From an uncultured Tateyamaria sp. (GTDB lineage: Bacteria > Pseudomonadota > Alphaproteobacteria > Rhodobacterales > Rhodobacteraceae), in NCBI RefSeq assembly GCF_947504105.1, contig NZ_CANNGP010000006.1:30399-94398 (forward strand): DNA of 64,000 bases, read 5' to 3'. Positions 1 through 10,380 of the stretch are shown piece after piece. Below the pieces are notes generated by a model, which was not told where the DNA came from, did no database searches, and worked only from the letters and a program-made list of their open reading frames with translations. A program made the translations under genes and the position numbers. The number at the start of each line of letters is the position of its first letter. Positions within the stretch are counted from its first letter, which is position 1.

Positions 1-2066
1 ACCCGGTGCCGTCCGCGAACGCGGGCAATGGGCGCAGGCGCAGGGCCAAAGACCTGCGCGCCCACCCGGGTCAGCGCGCCCGCATTCCTCGCCAGCGCGT
101 TCGCGGCGTCAAACACCTGCGCGACGTCCGGGCCGCTGAGGATGATCCCCGCCATCCGGCCATAAGGCGGCACGCCTGCCGCCTCGCGTTGCGCGGCCTC
201 AGCCCGCCAGAACCCTTCCTCGTCCCCCGCCAGAATGGCGCGGATCACCGGGTGTTCCGGTTGATAGGTCTGCAACAGTGCCGTGCCCGGCTTTTCTGCA
301 CGGCCCGCCCGGCCAGCCACTTGCCGCATCAGTTGGAATGTCCGTTCAGCGGCCCGCAAGTCGGAGCCTTGCAGGCCAAGGTCTGCGTCGATCACCCCCA
401 CCAGTGTCAGGTTCGGAAAGTTGTGCCCCTTTGCCACCAGCTGCGTGCCGATGATCACATCAGCAGCGCCTTCGGCGATCCCTTCGATCTCGGCCTTGAG
501 CGCGCGGGCCGAGCCGTACATGTCTGAACTCAGCACCGCCACGCGGGCATCCGGGAACAGTTCGACCGCTTCCTCACCCAGTCTTTCGACACCCGGGCCG
601 ACGGGCGCCATCCGATCTTCGGCCCAGCAGGAGGGGCAGATGGTTGGCATCGGTTTCGTCTCGCCGCATTGGTGGCACATCAGACGCTTCAAAAAACGGT
701 GTTCGACCATGCGCGCATCGCATTGATCACAGCCCACCTGGTGCCCGCAGGCACGGCACAGCGTAATGGGGGCATAGCCGCGCCGGTTCAGAAACAGCAT
801 AGCCTGTTCGCCTGCCGCCAGCCGCGCCTCGACCGCGCGTTTCAATTCTTCGGAGACCCAGCGGTTCGAAGGTAGTTTTTCAGCACGCATATCGATGGTT
901 TGCATCGTGGGCATGAGCGCAGGGCCAAAGCGCGCTTCGAGGTCCAGCCGCGTGTACTTGCCGCTTTCGGCGTTCGCCCAGCTTTCGAGCGACGGCGTGG
1001 CCGAGGCCAGCACCACCTGCGCCCCGAGCAGCGAGGCCCGCAGCACGGCCATGTCGCGGGCGTTGTAGAGCACCCCGTCTTCCTGCTTGTAGGACGTGTC
1101 GTGTTCCTCATCCACGACGATCAGGCCGAGGTTCTGATAGGGCAGGAACAGGGCCGAGCGCGCGCCGATTACCAGTTGCGCGTTGCCTTGCCCCACCATG
1201 CGCCAGATGCGACGGCGTTCCGTCATGGTGGCCCCGGAGTGCCATTCGGCAGGGCGCGCACCGAACCGTTCCTCGACCCGTTTGAGGAATTCAGCTGTCA
1301 GGGCGATTTCCGGTAATAGAACAAGGGCTTGCCGTCCTGCGCTGAGGCAGGCAGCGACAGCTTCGAGGTAGACTTCGGTTTTGCCGGATCCGGTGACACC
1401 TCTCAGGAGCGTTGTTCCGTAAGCACCGGATTGCACGGCCTTGGCGATGTGCCCTGCGGCCCGCGCCTGATCTTCGGTCAGTGCCTTACCCGGGCGGGAC
1501 GGGTCCATAGGTGGGAATGGCAAATCGCGGGGGCTGTCCTCTTCCGCGACGGTGCCTTGCTTCACCAGCCCCTTGATGACGGAGGATGTGACGCCCGACA
1601 GCTCTGCGAGCTCTTTAAGTGTAAAGGCCAAATCACCGTATTCGCTAAGGAATTCTAGCACGCGGCGGCGGGCATCCGTCATCCGATCGGGTTCGGATGG
1701 ACCGCGGCGGTAGACCTTGCGCATCGACGGCGGATCGCCCAGTCCCGGCGCGCGGGTGGCGAGCCGCAGCATGGCGGGCATGGGTGTGAGCGTGTACGCT
1801 GCGGCCTTTTCCAAGAAGGCGCGCATCTCGTCCCGCATGGGGGCGGCGTCCAGCACCCGCAGGACTGACCGCACCTTGTTGTAGTCATAGTCGCCCTTGC
1901 CGGGTCCCCAGACAACACCCAGCACCTTGCGCGGGCCAAGTGGCACCTCGACGAACACGCCCAGATGGCAGCCACCCTCGGGCGCCTTGTAGTCCAGCGC
2001 CCGGTCCAGCGGTTGCGTGGTCATCACGGCCACCAACGCGCCTTCGTCGTAAAACGAGGGCGTCAT
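1..2066 (-). CDS. priA: primosomal replication protein N' (PriA helicase), N-terminal part; gene runs off the left edge
   Basis: Absent from the ORF track because it has no in-window stop. Hand translation of the minus strand from ATG 2066-2064 gives MTPSFYDEGALVAVMTTQPLDRALDYKAPEGG..., then Walker A GVTGSGKTEVY and helicase box IVVDEEHD. The frame stays open to position 1. Confidence 0.85.
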   Translation of the reverse strand, partial: MTPSFYDEGALVAVMTTQPLDRALDYKAPEGGCHLGVFVEVPLGPRKVLGVVWGPGKGDYDYNKVRSVLRVLDAAPMRDEMRAFLEKAAAYTLTPMPAMLRLATRAPGLGDPPSMRKVYRRGPSEPDRMTDARRRVLEFLSEYGDLAFTLKELAELSGVTSSVIKGLVKQGTVAEEDSPRDLPFPPMDPSRPGKALTEDQARAAGHIAKAVQSGAYGTTLLRGVTGSGKTEVYLEAVAACLSAGRQALVLLPEIALTAEFLKRVEERFGARPAEWHSGATMTERRRIWRMVGQGNAQLVIGARSALFLPYQNLGLIVVDEEHDTSYKQEDGVLYNARDMAVLRASLLGAQVVLASATPSLESWANAESGKYTRLDLEARFGPALMPTMQTIDMRAEKLPSNRWVSEELKRAVEARLAAGEQAMLFLNRRGYAPITLCRACGHQVGCDQCDARMVEHRFLKRLMCHQCGETKPMPTICPSCWAEDRMAPVGPGVERLGEEAVELFPDARVAVLSSDMYGSARALKAEIEGIAEGAADVIIGTQLVAKGHNFPNLTLVGVIDADLGLQGSDLRAAERTFQLMRQVAGRAGRAEKPGTALLQTYQPEHPVIRAILAGDEEGFWRAEAAQREAAGVPPYGRMAGIILSGPDVAQVFDAANALARNAGALTRVGAQVFGPAPAPIARVRGRHR

Positions 2067-2155
2067 GTTAGCGCCAACATATGAGGGGTTCAGTCTTCAC
2101 CCGCCATGAGGTAAAGCCATCACAAGCAAACGCCAAGCCATCAAGGGGACCGCAC

Positions 2156-2809
2156 ATGAAATTCTTTGTAGATACTGCCGAGATTGACGCCATCGCCGAA
2201 CTCAACGACCTGGGTATGGTCGACGGTGTCACCACAAACCCGTCGCTGATCCTGAAATCGGGACGCGACATTCTGGAAGTGACCAAGGAAATCTGTGATC
2301 TGGTCGATGGCCCTGTCAGCGCGGAAGTGGTCGCGCTGGAAGCCGACGCGATGATCGCCGAGGGGCGCAAGCTGGCCGAGATCGCGGAAAACATCACCGT
2401 CAAGCTGCCGCTGACATGGGACGGGCTGAAAGCCTGCAAGGTGCTGTCGGGCGAAGGCAAGATGGTCAATGTCACGCTTTGTTTCTCGGCCAACCAGGCG
2501 CTGCTTGCGGCCAAGGCCGGGGCCAGCTTCATCTCACCTTTCATCGGGCGGTTGGATGACATCCACCTGGATGGGCTGGAGCTGATCGAAGACATCCGCA
2601 CCATCTACGACAATTATGGGTTCGAGACAGAAATTCTGGCCGCGTCGATCCGGTCCGTGAACCACGTTCAAGATTGCGCCAAAATCGGTGCCGACGTCAT
2701 CACCTCGCCCCCAGATGTCATCAAGAAGCTGGCGAACCACGTTTTGACGGACAAGGGCCTTGATGCGTTCATGAAGGATTGGGCCAAGACGGGTCAGAAA
2801 ATCCTGTAA
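2156..2809 (+). CDS. tal: short-type transaldolase / fructose-6-phosphate aldolase family protein
   Basis: 217 aa from ATG 2156 inside ORF 2081..2809. [13 protein letters not shown]...[11 protein letters not shown] is the characteristic N-terminus of the roughly 217-aa Tal/FSA family. A purine-rich RBS lies at 2143-2149. Confidence 0.85.
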   Translation: MKFFVDTAEIDAIAELNDLGMVDGVTTNPSLILKSGRDILEVTKEICDLVDGPVSAEVVALEADAMIAEGRKLAEIAENITVKLPLTWDGLKACKVLSGEGKMVNVTLCFSANQALLAAKAGASFISPFIGRLDDIHLDGLELIEDIRTIYDNYGFETEILAASIRSVNHVQDCAKIGADVITSPPDVIKKLANHVLTDKGLDAFMKDWAKTGQKIL

Positions 2810-3091
2810 CTCAGGCGTTTCCCGCCCGTCTCAGCAATACCCGAAGCGCGACCGGTCCTAAGGGAAAAATCCCCGGGCCGGATCCGTGAGTGGTGGCTTC
2901 GTGTATTTGTTGCATGCGATGGATGTGACAGCATGAGTATTCCCGTTCACGGGGAGAAACTCACGTCATTTCCCCGGTCGTGGCGTCACTTGGCAACTTT
3001 ACGCTGTCATCTGAACAATTATTCCAAGTTCAGGGCAGATTTCACGATTCCGCTGTGATATGGAGCGGACAAGACCAAAAACAGGTACGGT

Positions 3092-3799
3092 ATGAGCAGC
3101 CAGCCCAAGATTAACGACGCCCTGCGTGAGGCGATTATTTCGCGTCCTGATGTTATTCTGGATGACAAGGACCTGATGCATGCCCTGATCGCCGCGAATG
3201 AGCGTGCGATGGGTGGCAACATCGTTGATCTGCGCGGGCTGGCAATGGAACGGCTGGAAGCGCGGCTGGACCGGCTTGAGGACACGCACCGTTCAGTCAT
3301 CGCGGCGGCGTATGAAAACCTGGCTGGCACCAATCAGATTCACCGCGCCATCCTGCGCATGCTGGACCCGATGGAGTTCGAACCCTTCCTGCGTGATCTG
3401 GGTGGCGAAGTGGCCGAAATCCTGCGCGTAGACGCCGTCAAACTGGTGCTTGAGTCCGTACAAAACGACAATGATCCGGCCGTTCAGCGGTTGGGCGAAG
3501 TGCTGAGCGTGGCCGAACCCGGTTTCATCGACGATTACCTGACCGATGGCCGTGGCGGCAATGTGCGGCAAGTCACCCTGCGACAGGTTCAGGATGCCGA
3601 CCCCGAGATTTATGGCGACGATGCCAACTGGATCCGATCCGAAGCCTGTCTGAAGCTGGACTTTGGTGACGGTCGTCTGCCCGGCCTTCTGGTTATGGGC
3701 GCGGAAGACCCACATATGTTTGGACCGCAGCAAGGCACGGACCTGCTGGCCTTTTTCACCGGCGTGTTCGAACAGGCCATGCGCCGCTGGCTGGGATGA
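3092..3799 (+). CDS. DUF484 family protein
   Basis: 235-aa ORF whose stop overlaps the xerC start (ATGA at 3796-3799). The DUF484-xerC pairing is a conserved proteobacterial arrangement. Sequence is helical N-terminus plus GAF-like C-terminus. Confidence 0.65.
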   Translation: MSSQPKINDALREAIISRPDVILDDKDLMHALIAANERAMGGNIVDLRGLAMERLEARLDRLEDTHRSVIAAAYENLAGTNQIHRAILRMLDPMEFEPFLRDLGGEVAEILRVDAVKLVLESVQNDNDPAVQRLGEVLSVAEPGFIDDYLTDGRGGNVRQVTLRQVQDADPEIYGDDANWIRSEACLKLDFGDGRLPGLLVMGAEDPHMFGPQQGTDLLAFFTGVFEQAMRRWLG

Positions 3800-4716
3800 G
3801 CCTGATTTCCCCCGCCGCCCGCGATGCGCTTGAAAATTTTCTGGCGTATGAACGTGCGATCAAGGGGGCGGCAGAGAATACAGTCACGGCCTATGGCACG
3901 GACATAACCGAATTTCTTGCCTTCATGACGGAGCACTCGGGCCAGACACAGGGCCTTGGTGCTTTGGCGCGGATTGATACACGGGATATGCGTGCGTGGA
4001 TGGCGCGTACGCGGTCGGGTGGTGTCGGGGCGCGGTCATTGGCCCGCAAACTGTCGGCCGTCAAAGCGTTCTACAAGTGGTTGGCGGCGCGCGAAGGGTT
4101 TGAGCCAACCGCCGTGCTGAGCACCCGGGCCCCAAAATTCACCAAGAAGCTGCCACGCCCGTTGGATGAAACGGCGGCACGCGAGCTTTTGGACATCACG
4201 CCTCTGCAATCTGACAAGCCATGGATCGGCGCGCGGGACACTGCCGTGTTGACCTTGCTGTGGGGCTGCGGTTTGCGCATATCCGAGGCATTGTCCCTGA
4301 CCGCGGGTCAGACGCCTTTGCCACAGGTTCTGAGGATCGTAGGCAAGGGTGGCAAGGAACGGATCGTGCCGGTGGTCGATGCCGCCCGTAACGCAGTTGA
4401 TGCCTACATAGCCGCCTGTCCGTATGAACTGCCCGCCGACGGACCGCTTTTTCGCGCTATCCGTGGTGGGGCGCTTGCCCCACGCGCCATTCAGAAGGTG
4501 ATGTCGAACGCCCGCATGCAACTGGGCCTGCCCGCCAGTGCCACGCCACACGCCATGCGCCACAGTTTTGCAACGCACCTGTTGAATGCGGGTGGCGATC
4601 TGCGCGCGATCCAGGAGCTTCTTGGCCACGCGTCTTTGTCCACGACGCAAGCCTACACGGCCGTTGATACAGTCCGTTTGATGGAAGTCTATTCCAAGGC
4701 GCATCCGAAGGCGTAG
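3796..4716 (+). CDS. xerC: site-specific tyrosine recombinase XerC
   Basis: 306 aa. Has catalytic signature ...ATPHAMRHSFATHLL...LLGHASLSTTQAYT, and an N-terminal SAM-like core-binding domain (LAYERAIKGAAENTVTAY). Confidence 0.85.
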   Translation: MSLISPAARDALENFLAYERAIKGAAENTVTAYGTDITEFLAFMTEHSGQTQGLGALARIDTRDMRAWMARTRSGGVGARSLARKLSAVKAFYKWLAAREGFEPTAVLSTRAPKFTKKLPRPLDETAARELLDITPLQSDKPWIGARDTAVLTLLWGCGLRISEALSLTAGQTPLPQVLRIVGKGGKERIVPVVDAARNAVDAYIAACPYELPADGPLFRAIRGGALAPRAIQKVMSNARMQLGLPASATPHAMRHSFATHLLNAGGDLRAIQELLGHASLSTTQAYTAVDTVRLMEVYSKAHPKA

Positions 4717-4832
4717 GCCCCTCATCCTTCACGTAATTGTGCATGAAAGGTGATCCCGCACGGCTATGCGCGGGGTGCTCATTCCGTCAGCATGCCGTTG
4801 CGTACAAAACCAACACGGAGGGGACGCCGAAC

Positions 4833-5414
4833 ATGCTACGCGAGCTTACATACGCAGCCGTTTTGACCATCGCCGCAGGCGCGGCCAGTGCAGAGGAATG
4901 CACCGCCATTGCAGTCGAAGACGCTTTCGACCTGACCGAGGATCAGATTGGCGTACTTTACGACTGTCTTCAGGAAAAGATGGCGACGGGTTACGCCAAA
5001 GAAGGCGACGAGATTGGGTCAAATTATCGCAATTGGGCCGCTACGGCGTCGCGTCCAGCCGTTGCCGGACCACACGGCAATCGCCTTTTGAACACATATG
5101 CCAATGACGTGGCCGCCGAACAGTACCTGAAGTTCGAGGAAGAAGGCTTTGAAATGCCTGTAGGGTCGATCCTGGCCAAGGAATCGATCACCATTTCGAT
5201 CAAGAAGAAGGCGGCGCGCCCGGGTCCGCTGTTCATCATGACCAAGGTCGGTACCGATGAGGCGCCAGACACCGCCGGATGGCTTTACGCTGGCCTGCAG
5301 CCGAACGGCAAGGTGATGAAGGTCAAGCAAAGCTTTTGCCATGACTGTCACGCAGGTTGGGAAGCACAGGATTATCTGGGTTACCCGCTGGAAGAAGTGC
5401 GCTTGGGCCAGTAG
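4833..5414 (+). CDS. secreted cytochrome P460-family haem protein (putative)
   Basis: Start re-picked at ATG 4833 (GGAGGGGA RBS at 4817-4824), giving signal peptide MLRELTYAAVLTIAAGAASA. A C-terminal CHDCH (CxxCH) haem-binding motif sits in the position typical of the P460 fold. Confidence 0.55.
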   Translation: MLRELTYAAVLTIAAGAASAEECTAIAVEDAFDLTEDQIGVLYDCLQEKMATGYAKEGDEIGSNYRNWAATASRPAVAGPHGNRLLNTYANDVAAEQYLKFEEEGFEMPVGSILAKESITISIKKKAARPGPLFIMTKVGTDEAPDTAGWLYAGLQPNGKVMKVKQSFCHDCHAGWEAQDYLGYPLEEVRLGQ

Positions 5415-5496
5415 CCAGCACACGGGCTACGTCTCGGCCTGCACCTGACCGCGCCGACCCCTTCGGCGCGGTTTTGCATTTGCAACCCCGCGCGTC

Positions 5497-6204
5497 ATGC
5501 CGCATGACAGGCATATGACACTGCAAATGCGCGCGTTGAGCGTTCACCTTCTGACGGCCACCGGCGCCGTGTTCGCAATGCTGGCCATGCTGGCCGCCGT
5601 GGAGGCGGAATGGGACCTTATGTTCCTCTGGCTTGTCGTGGCTTTTTTTGTCGACGGCATCGATGGCCCGCTCGCACGCAAATACAACGTCAAGACCAAT
5701 GCGCCCGAGTTCGACGGCGTGCTGCTTGATCTGATCATCGACTACCTGACCTATGTGTTCATCCCGGCTTTCGCGCTTTTTGCGTCGGGCCTCATGGCGG
5801 GGTGGACAGGCTGGGTGGCCATCATCCTGATCACCTTTGCAAGTGCCATGTATTTCGCCGATACGCGCATGAAGACGAGGGACAATTCATTCTCGGGCTT
5901 TCCGGGCTGCTGGAACATGGTGGTGTTGGTCATCTTCGCGCTTGAGCCCAATTTCTGGGTGTCCTTGGCACTGGTCAGTGTGCTGGCTGTGGGCATGTTC
6001 CTACCAATAAAGTTCATCCATCCCGTGCGTACAGAACGCTGGCGTTGGCTGAGCCTGCCCACGGCGCTGGCGTGGACATTCTTTGCCGGTTGGGCAGCCT
6101 GGGTCGACTTCCACCCTGAAAGCTGGGCGCATTGGGGACTGGTGGTCACGTCGCTGTACCTGGTGTTCGCAGGCATCGCCCAGCAACTGATCCCACAGCG
6201 TTAG
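5497..6204 (+). CDS. pcs: phosphatidylcholine synthase (CDP-alcohol phosphatidyltransferase family)
   Basis: 235-aa polytopic membrane protein with DGIDGPLARK...DLIIDYL (DGx2ARx..Dx3D motif). Length and hydrophobic profile match Pcs. The start could be one of several ATGs between 5497 and 5515. Confidence 0.8.
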   Translation: MPHDRHMTLQMRALSVHLLTATGAVFAMLAMLAAVEAEWDLMFLWLVVAFFVDGIDGPLARKYNVKTNAPEFDGVLLDLIIDYLTYVFIPAFALFASGLMAGWTGWVAIILITFASAMYFADTRMKTRDNSFSGFPGCWNMVVLVIFALEPNFWVSLALVSVLAVGMFLPIKFIHPVRTERWRWLSLPTALAWTFFAGWAAWVDFHPESWAHWGLVVTSLYLVFAGIAQQLIPQR

Positions 6205-6650
6205 ATCAGAAATCCGCCTTCGTGCCGGAGGAGAGCCACCTTGGTCTCGACCCCGCCTGCCCCCGAAAATCCGGTCAGGCCCTTGGCGCCCATGACACGG
6301 TGGCACGGAATTATGATCGGAATGGGGTTGCCACCACAGGCCTGGCCGATGGCCTGCGCCGGCACCCCGAGCGCCTTTGCGATATCGCCATAGGTTACGG
6401 TTTGGCCGTATGGGATGTCTGACATCGCGGCGCAGACATCGCGCTGCAATTGCGAACCGCGCACCTCCAGCGGAAGATCAAACTCCTCCAATGTGCCGGC
6501 ATCGTAGGCGCGCAGTTGCGCCACTGCAGTGTCCAGGACATCTGATCGATCCGCGCATTCTGACCGGCCCCAAGACAGCCGAATGACGGCTCCGCCATCC
6601 TCGGTTACGGTCAGGTCGCCAAACTTTGTATGCACATCCACCTGTTTCAT
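6201..6650 (-). CDS. ogt: methylated-DNA--protein-cysteine methyltransferase
   Basis: Active-site PCHRV motif (IIIPCHRVMGAKG). Start chosen at MKQVDVHTKF (ATG 6650); the alternative is ATG 6701. The stop overlaps the convergent pcs stop (TTAG at 6201-6204). Confidence 0.85.
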   Translation of the reverse strand: MKQVDVHTKFGDLTVTEDGGAVIRLSWGRSECADRSDVLDTAVAQLRAYDAGTLEEFDLPLEVRGSQLQRDVCAAMSDIPYGQTVTYGDIAKALGVPAQAIGQACGGNPIPIIIPCHRVMGAKGLTGFSGAGGVETKVALLRHEGGFLI

Positions 6651-6808
6651 GGCTCTAATGTGACAAGGCTGGGTCTGCTGCACAATCCGAAAGCGGCGCA
6701 TTTACAAACCGACCGATCCCATGGTTCCTGCGCGTACAGAAAATCAGCGATCGGCGTGCCATCCGTGGACGCAAGATCGGACGCGACACGGTGCTCCAGA
6801 TCATGAAC

Positions 6809-7879
6809 TCAGGGCGCTGCAGTCGCGCCGCTCCCCCATGGACGGCTCTTGCCGGAAAACAGATCAGCACATTCGCTCGCCAAACCATCAATGGCTTGGT
6901 CGATCTGGGCGAGCAGACCGTGAACTACCTCCATTGCTGCCTTGGCCGGGTCAAGATTTGGAAGCTGATTGACCTGTTTTTGGATTTCATCGCGCACTGA
7001 TTTCATCGCGTTGCGGACAGGTTTGAAAGCCCAATCGATGAACTTCTTTTTGATCTTCTGAATTTCGCCATCAAACTTGTCCAGAAGCCCTTTGATGGTC
7101 CGATACGTCTTGCCGCCCAACCGCGCACCCAGCTTAAGAACGGCCTTAATCTGGGTTTCACCGTAGTGGGCCGCGCGTCCCACGGCATCGGTCAGTGTGT
7201 GGATCGCGTTTCGGATGGGTTCCAGTTTGGTATAAATACCTTCAATGAAATCCGAAAAACTGACGGCGGGTTTCAGCGCAGACACAACGCCTTCAACGGC
7301 CCGTTCAGCCGTATTCAACTTTTGCTGGGCTTCATCCTTGGCGTCATTGAGTGTTTTGACGATCTTTTCAAGCGGGTCACCCAACCGCTCTGAACACGCA
7401 TTGACCGATGCCGGGATATCATGGCCGCTATAGTGCGCCAGCAAGTCCGAGGTGACCGTTTCAGTTCGTTCGAGAAACCCTTCGACCTGGGCAATACCTG
7501 CCCACGACTTGTCGATGGGATCCTTGATATCAAGAAATGTTTTAGCGCCGTCATCTGCAGCCAGTTGAATCTCGCCCAGAAAGGTTTCGATCTCTCCAAG
7601 GAACGTATTGATGCCATTCAGTGTTTCGGCGGTCGTTTTTGCCGCCGTCCCGACCTCGGGCAGCCAACTGCCCGCCTTGCAGGCCCTTTCCAGATTTTTC
7701 AGAACGTTGTGGATTTCGCCAACCTTGTCCTTGATCCGTTTAGGTGTTTTTTCGATCCGCTCAAGCTCGTTCAACGCGTCATGCACGTCACTGAGTGGCG
7801 TCGCGAAATAGGCAATATCCTGGTAAAGATCGTGAACGTTGGAATTCAGGCGGCTAAGGGGTGCTGATGCATCGGCCAT
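6809..7879 (-). CDS. hypothetical all-helical protein, low-GC ORFan
   Basis: 356-aa ORF with AGGAGA RBS 7 nt upstream of ATG 7879. Balanced, charged amino-acid composition. No signal peptide or TM segment. Local GC is clearly below the flanks. Confidence 0.7.
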   Translation of the reverse strand: MADASAPLSRLNSNVHDLYQDIAYFATPLSDVHDALNELERIEKTPKRIKDKVGEIHNVLKNLERACKAGSWLPEVGTAAKTTAETLNGINTFLGEIETFLGEIQLAADDGAKTFLDIKDPIDKSWAGIAQVEGFLERTETVTSDLLAHYSGHDIPASVNACSERLGDPLEKIVKTLNDAKDEAQQKLNTAERAVEGVVSALKPAVSFSDFIEGIYTKLEPIRNAIHTLTDAVGRAAHYGETQIKAVLKLGARLGGKTYRTIKGLLDKFDGEIQKIKKKFIDWAFKPVRNAMKSVRDEIQKQVNQLPNLDPAKAAMEVVHGLLAQIDQAIDGLASECADLFSGKSRPWGSGATAAP

Positions 7880-8108
7880 TGGAAATTCTCCTAAAGAAAA
7901 ACTTAAAAAATGGGCGCAAGCACTGCTTGTCTGGCGTAACTAGTGCAGTACCTTGTCAAACAGCACTTGCGTATGGCCCTGTATAGCAGATGATCGCGCC
8001 GGAAGCAGCCGGTGGCGGCGCACGGCACAAAATACGCATCGTCTCTGCACAGTCTGATGTGCACAGGCTGCTCTCGCAAATACGATGCAAAACACGTAAT
8101 GGCATCGC

Positions 8109-9341
8109 ATGGCGCAAAACATCACCCTCGAAGACGCGCGCGCATTGCCCGCATGGCGCCGCCCCACGGCGCTCTTGTTCCTGATGGCATTTGCCATGCC
8201 GATTGGGTTCTCGGTATGGCTGGCGCTTTTGAACAACTTCGTTGTGGACGCCGCCAACTTCGATGGGGCCGATATCGGATTGCTTCACGCCATCCGCGAG
8301 ATCCCCGGCTTCCTGGCGGTGGGCGTCATCGTCGTCATCATCTTCATGCGCGAGCAGGTGCTTGGGCTGATCTCGCTCACAATGCTGGGGTTGGCCACGG
8401 CCCTGACGGCCCAGTTTCCGTCGATGGGCGGTATTCTGGCCCTGACTTTCATCAGTTCGATCGGCTTTCACTACTATGAAACGGTCAACCAGTCGCTGCA
8501 GTTGCAATGGCTGCCCAAGGATCGGGCCCCGCAGATGCTGGGCTGGCTTCTGGCTGCTGGATCGACAGCCACTTTCCTTGTCTATTTCGTAATCAAGGTC
8601 CTGTGGGAGCCGCTGGGCCTGACGTACAATATTGTCTACATGGTCGGTGGCGGGATCACGGCAGCGATCGCGGTCTTTGCCATGCTGGCATACCCCCAGT
8701 TCGAAGCGCCAACCCCGCAACTCAAGACCTTTGTGCTGCGCAAGCGCTATTGGCTGTACTACGCGCTGCAATTCATGTCGGGTGCCCGGCGGCAGATTTT
8801 CATGGTCTTTGCGGGCTTCATGATGGTCGAGAAATTCGGATTCGAAGTGCACGAGTTGACCGCGCTCTACCTCATCAACCTGATGGTCAACATTCTGGTT
8901 GCCCCTGTTCTGGGTCGCATCGTGGCCCGCTTTGGCGAACAAAGGGCGCTGGTGTTCGAGTACACCGGTCTGGTCTGCGTGTTCCTGGCCTATGGCGGCG
9001 TCTATTTCATGGGCTGGGGGCTGATGATCGCCGCAACGCTTTATGTGCTCGACCATATCTTTTTCGGGCTGGCACTGGCGCTGAAGACCTACTTCCAGAA
9101 GATCGCCGATCCAGCGGACATAGCGCCAACGGCTGCGGTCGCGTTTACCATCAATCACATCGCTGCAGTTGGCCTGCCCGTTCCGCTGGGCCTTTTGTGG
9201 CTGTTATCGCCGGGCGCAGTGTTCCTGCTGGCCTCGGGCATGGCAGCAACGTCGCTTTGCCTTGCGCTTTTGATCCCGCGTCACCCGGTCCCCGGCCACG
9301 AAACCCGGCTTGCCCCGCCGCTGCCCGCCCCGGCGGAATAG
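8109..9341 (+). CDS. MFS-type polytopic membrane transporter (putative)
   Basis: 410 aa with about 12 hydrophobic segments in a 6+6 arrangement and a central loop (RKRYWLYY...). No substrate assignment is possible. Confidence 0.55.
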   Translation: MAQNITLEDARALPAWRRPTALLFLMAFAMPIGFSVWLALLNNFVVDAANFDGADIGLLHAIREIPGFLAVGVIVVIIFMREQVLGLISLTMLGLATALTAQFPSMGGILALTFISSIGFHYYETVNQSLQLQWLPKDRAPQMLGWLLAAGSTATFLVYFVIKVLWEPLGLTYNIVYMVGGGITAAIAVFAMLAYPQFEAPTPQLKTFVLRKRYWLYYALQFMSGARRQIFMVFAGFMMVEKFGFEVHELTALYLINLMVNILVAPVLGRIVARFGEQRALVFEYTGLVCVFLAYGGVYFMGWGLMIAATLYVLDHIFFGLALALKTYFQKIADPADIAPTAAVAFTINHIAAVGLPVPLGLLWLLSPGAVFLLASGMAATSLCLALLIPRHPVPGHETRLAPPLPAPAE

Positions 9342-9401
9342 CGGGCCACTTGCTGCTGGTCCCCCTGGACGCTAAGGCTCCGGCAACAGACGGAGACCGA
9401 C

Positions 9402-10268
9402 ATGACCACATGGACCGCCCTCACCACGCTGCATGGCAAGGCGCAGGCCGATGCCCTTGGCGCTGCTCTTGAAAACATGACGCCCGAGCCAACGGGCATC
9501 GGGGTGTTCGAGGTCGAGGATGACAGCGGTCTGTGGGAGGTTGGGGGCTATTTCACTGACCAGCCCGACGATACAGCCCTTTTGCTGCTGACGACGGCGC
9601 TTGGCGCAAAACCGTTCACGGTGTCGGAGTTGCCCGAAACCGATTGGGTCGCCCATGTGAAGCGCGAGTTGGCGCCGGTCGAGGCCGGCCGTTTCTTTGT
9701 CTATGGCTCTCATGACGCGGACAAGGTGCCAGAAGGCAAGCACCCATTGTTGATCGAGGCGGCGATGGCTTTTGGCACCGGGCATCACGGCACGACACTG
9801 GGTTGCCTCAAGGCGCTTGATCGGTTGGCGAACAGTGGTGTTCAGGCCGACCGCGTGGCCGATATTGGCTGCGGTACAGCAGTGCTGGCCATGGGTGCCG
9901 CAGCAATCTGGGACGCTGACATCATTGCCAGTGATATAGATGCGCAGGCCGTGGATGTTGCCCGGGCCAACCTGCAGGCCAACGGGATGGAGACAAAGGT
10001 CAAGTTGGCGGAAGCCGCAGGCTTCGACCACCCCGACCTGTCAGTCCAATTTGATTTGATCTTTGCCAACATCCTCAAAGGACCGTTGATCGCGCTGGCG
10101 CCCGATCTGAGCGTCCGCCTCGCCCCGGATGGGCACGCGATTCTGTCCGGAATCCTTAACGAACAGGCCGACGAGGTGGCAGCGCATTATATCGACCACG
10201 GAAACAGTCTGGCGCATAGGGAAGAGATTGGCGAATGGACCACCCTCACTCTGCGCAAAAAGCCATAA
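9402..10268 (+). CDS. prmA: ribosomal protein L11 methyltransferase
   Basis: 288 aa. Motifs FGTGHHGTTLGCL and DIGCGTAVLAM (SAM-binding) are typical of PrmA. GGAGA RBS lies upstream of ATG 9402. Confidence 0.85.
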   Translation: MTTWTALTTLHGKAQADALGAALENMTPEPTGIGVFEVEDDSGLWEVGGYFTDQPDDTALLLLTTALGAKPFTVSELPETDWVAHVKRELAPVEAGRFFVYGSHDADKVPEGKHPLLIEAAMAFGTGHHGTTLGCLKALDRLANSGVQADRVADIGCGTAVLAMGAAAIWDADIIASDIDAQAVDVARANLQANGMETKVKLAEAAGFDHPDLSVQFDLIFANILKGPLIALAPDLSVRLAPDGHAILSGILNEQADEVAAHYIDHGNSLAHREEIGEWTTLTLRKKP

Positions 10269-10380
10269 TTCGTCAGGTTTTTTAGCGGCTTTTGACGCAT
10301 TTGCCCAGATTTTGCCATAATTGGGGCGCACCTTCTTCATCGAAACAGGTGGGGGCCATTTCGACGTTAACGAGGCTGCC

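Noticed and set aside
3796-4716. The tyrosine recombinase considered as the integrase of a mobile element or island.
   Set aside because: The DUF484-xerC pairing, the XerC-type motifs, the housekeeping neighbours and the absence of flanking repeats all indicate the chromosomal dimer-resolution recombinase.
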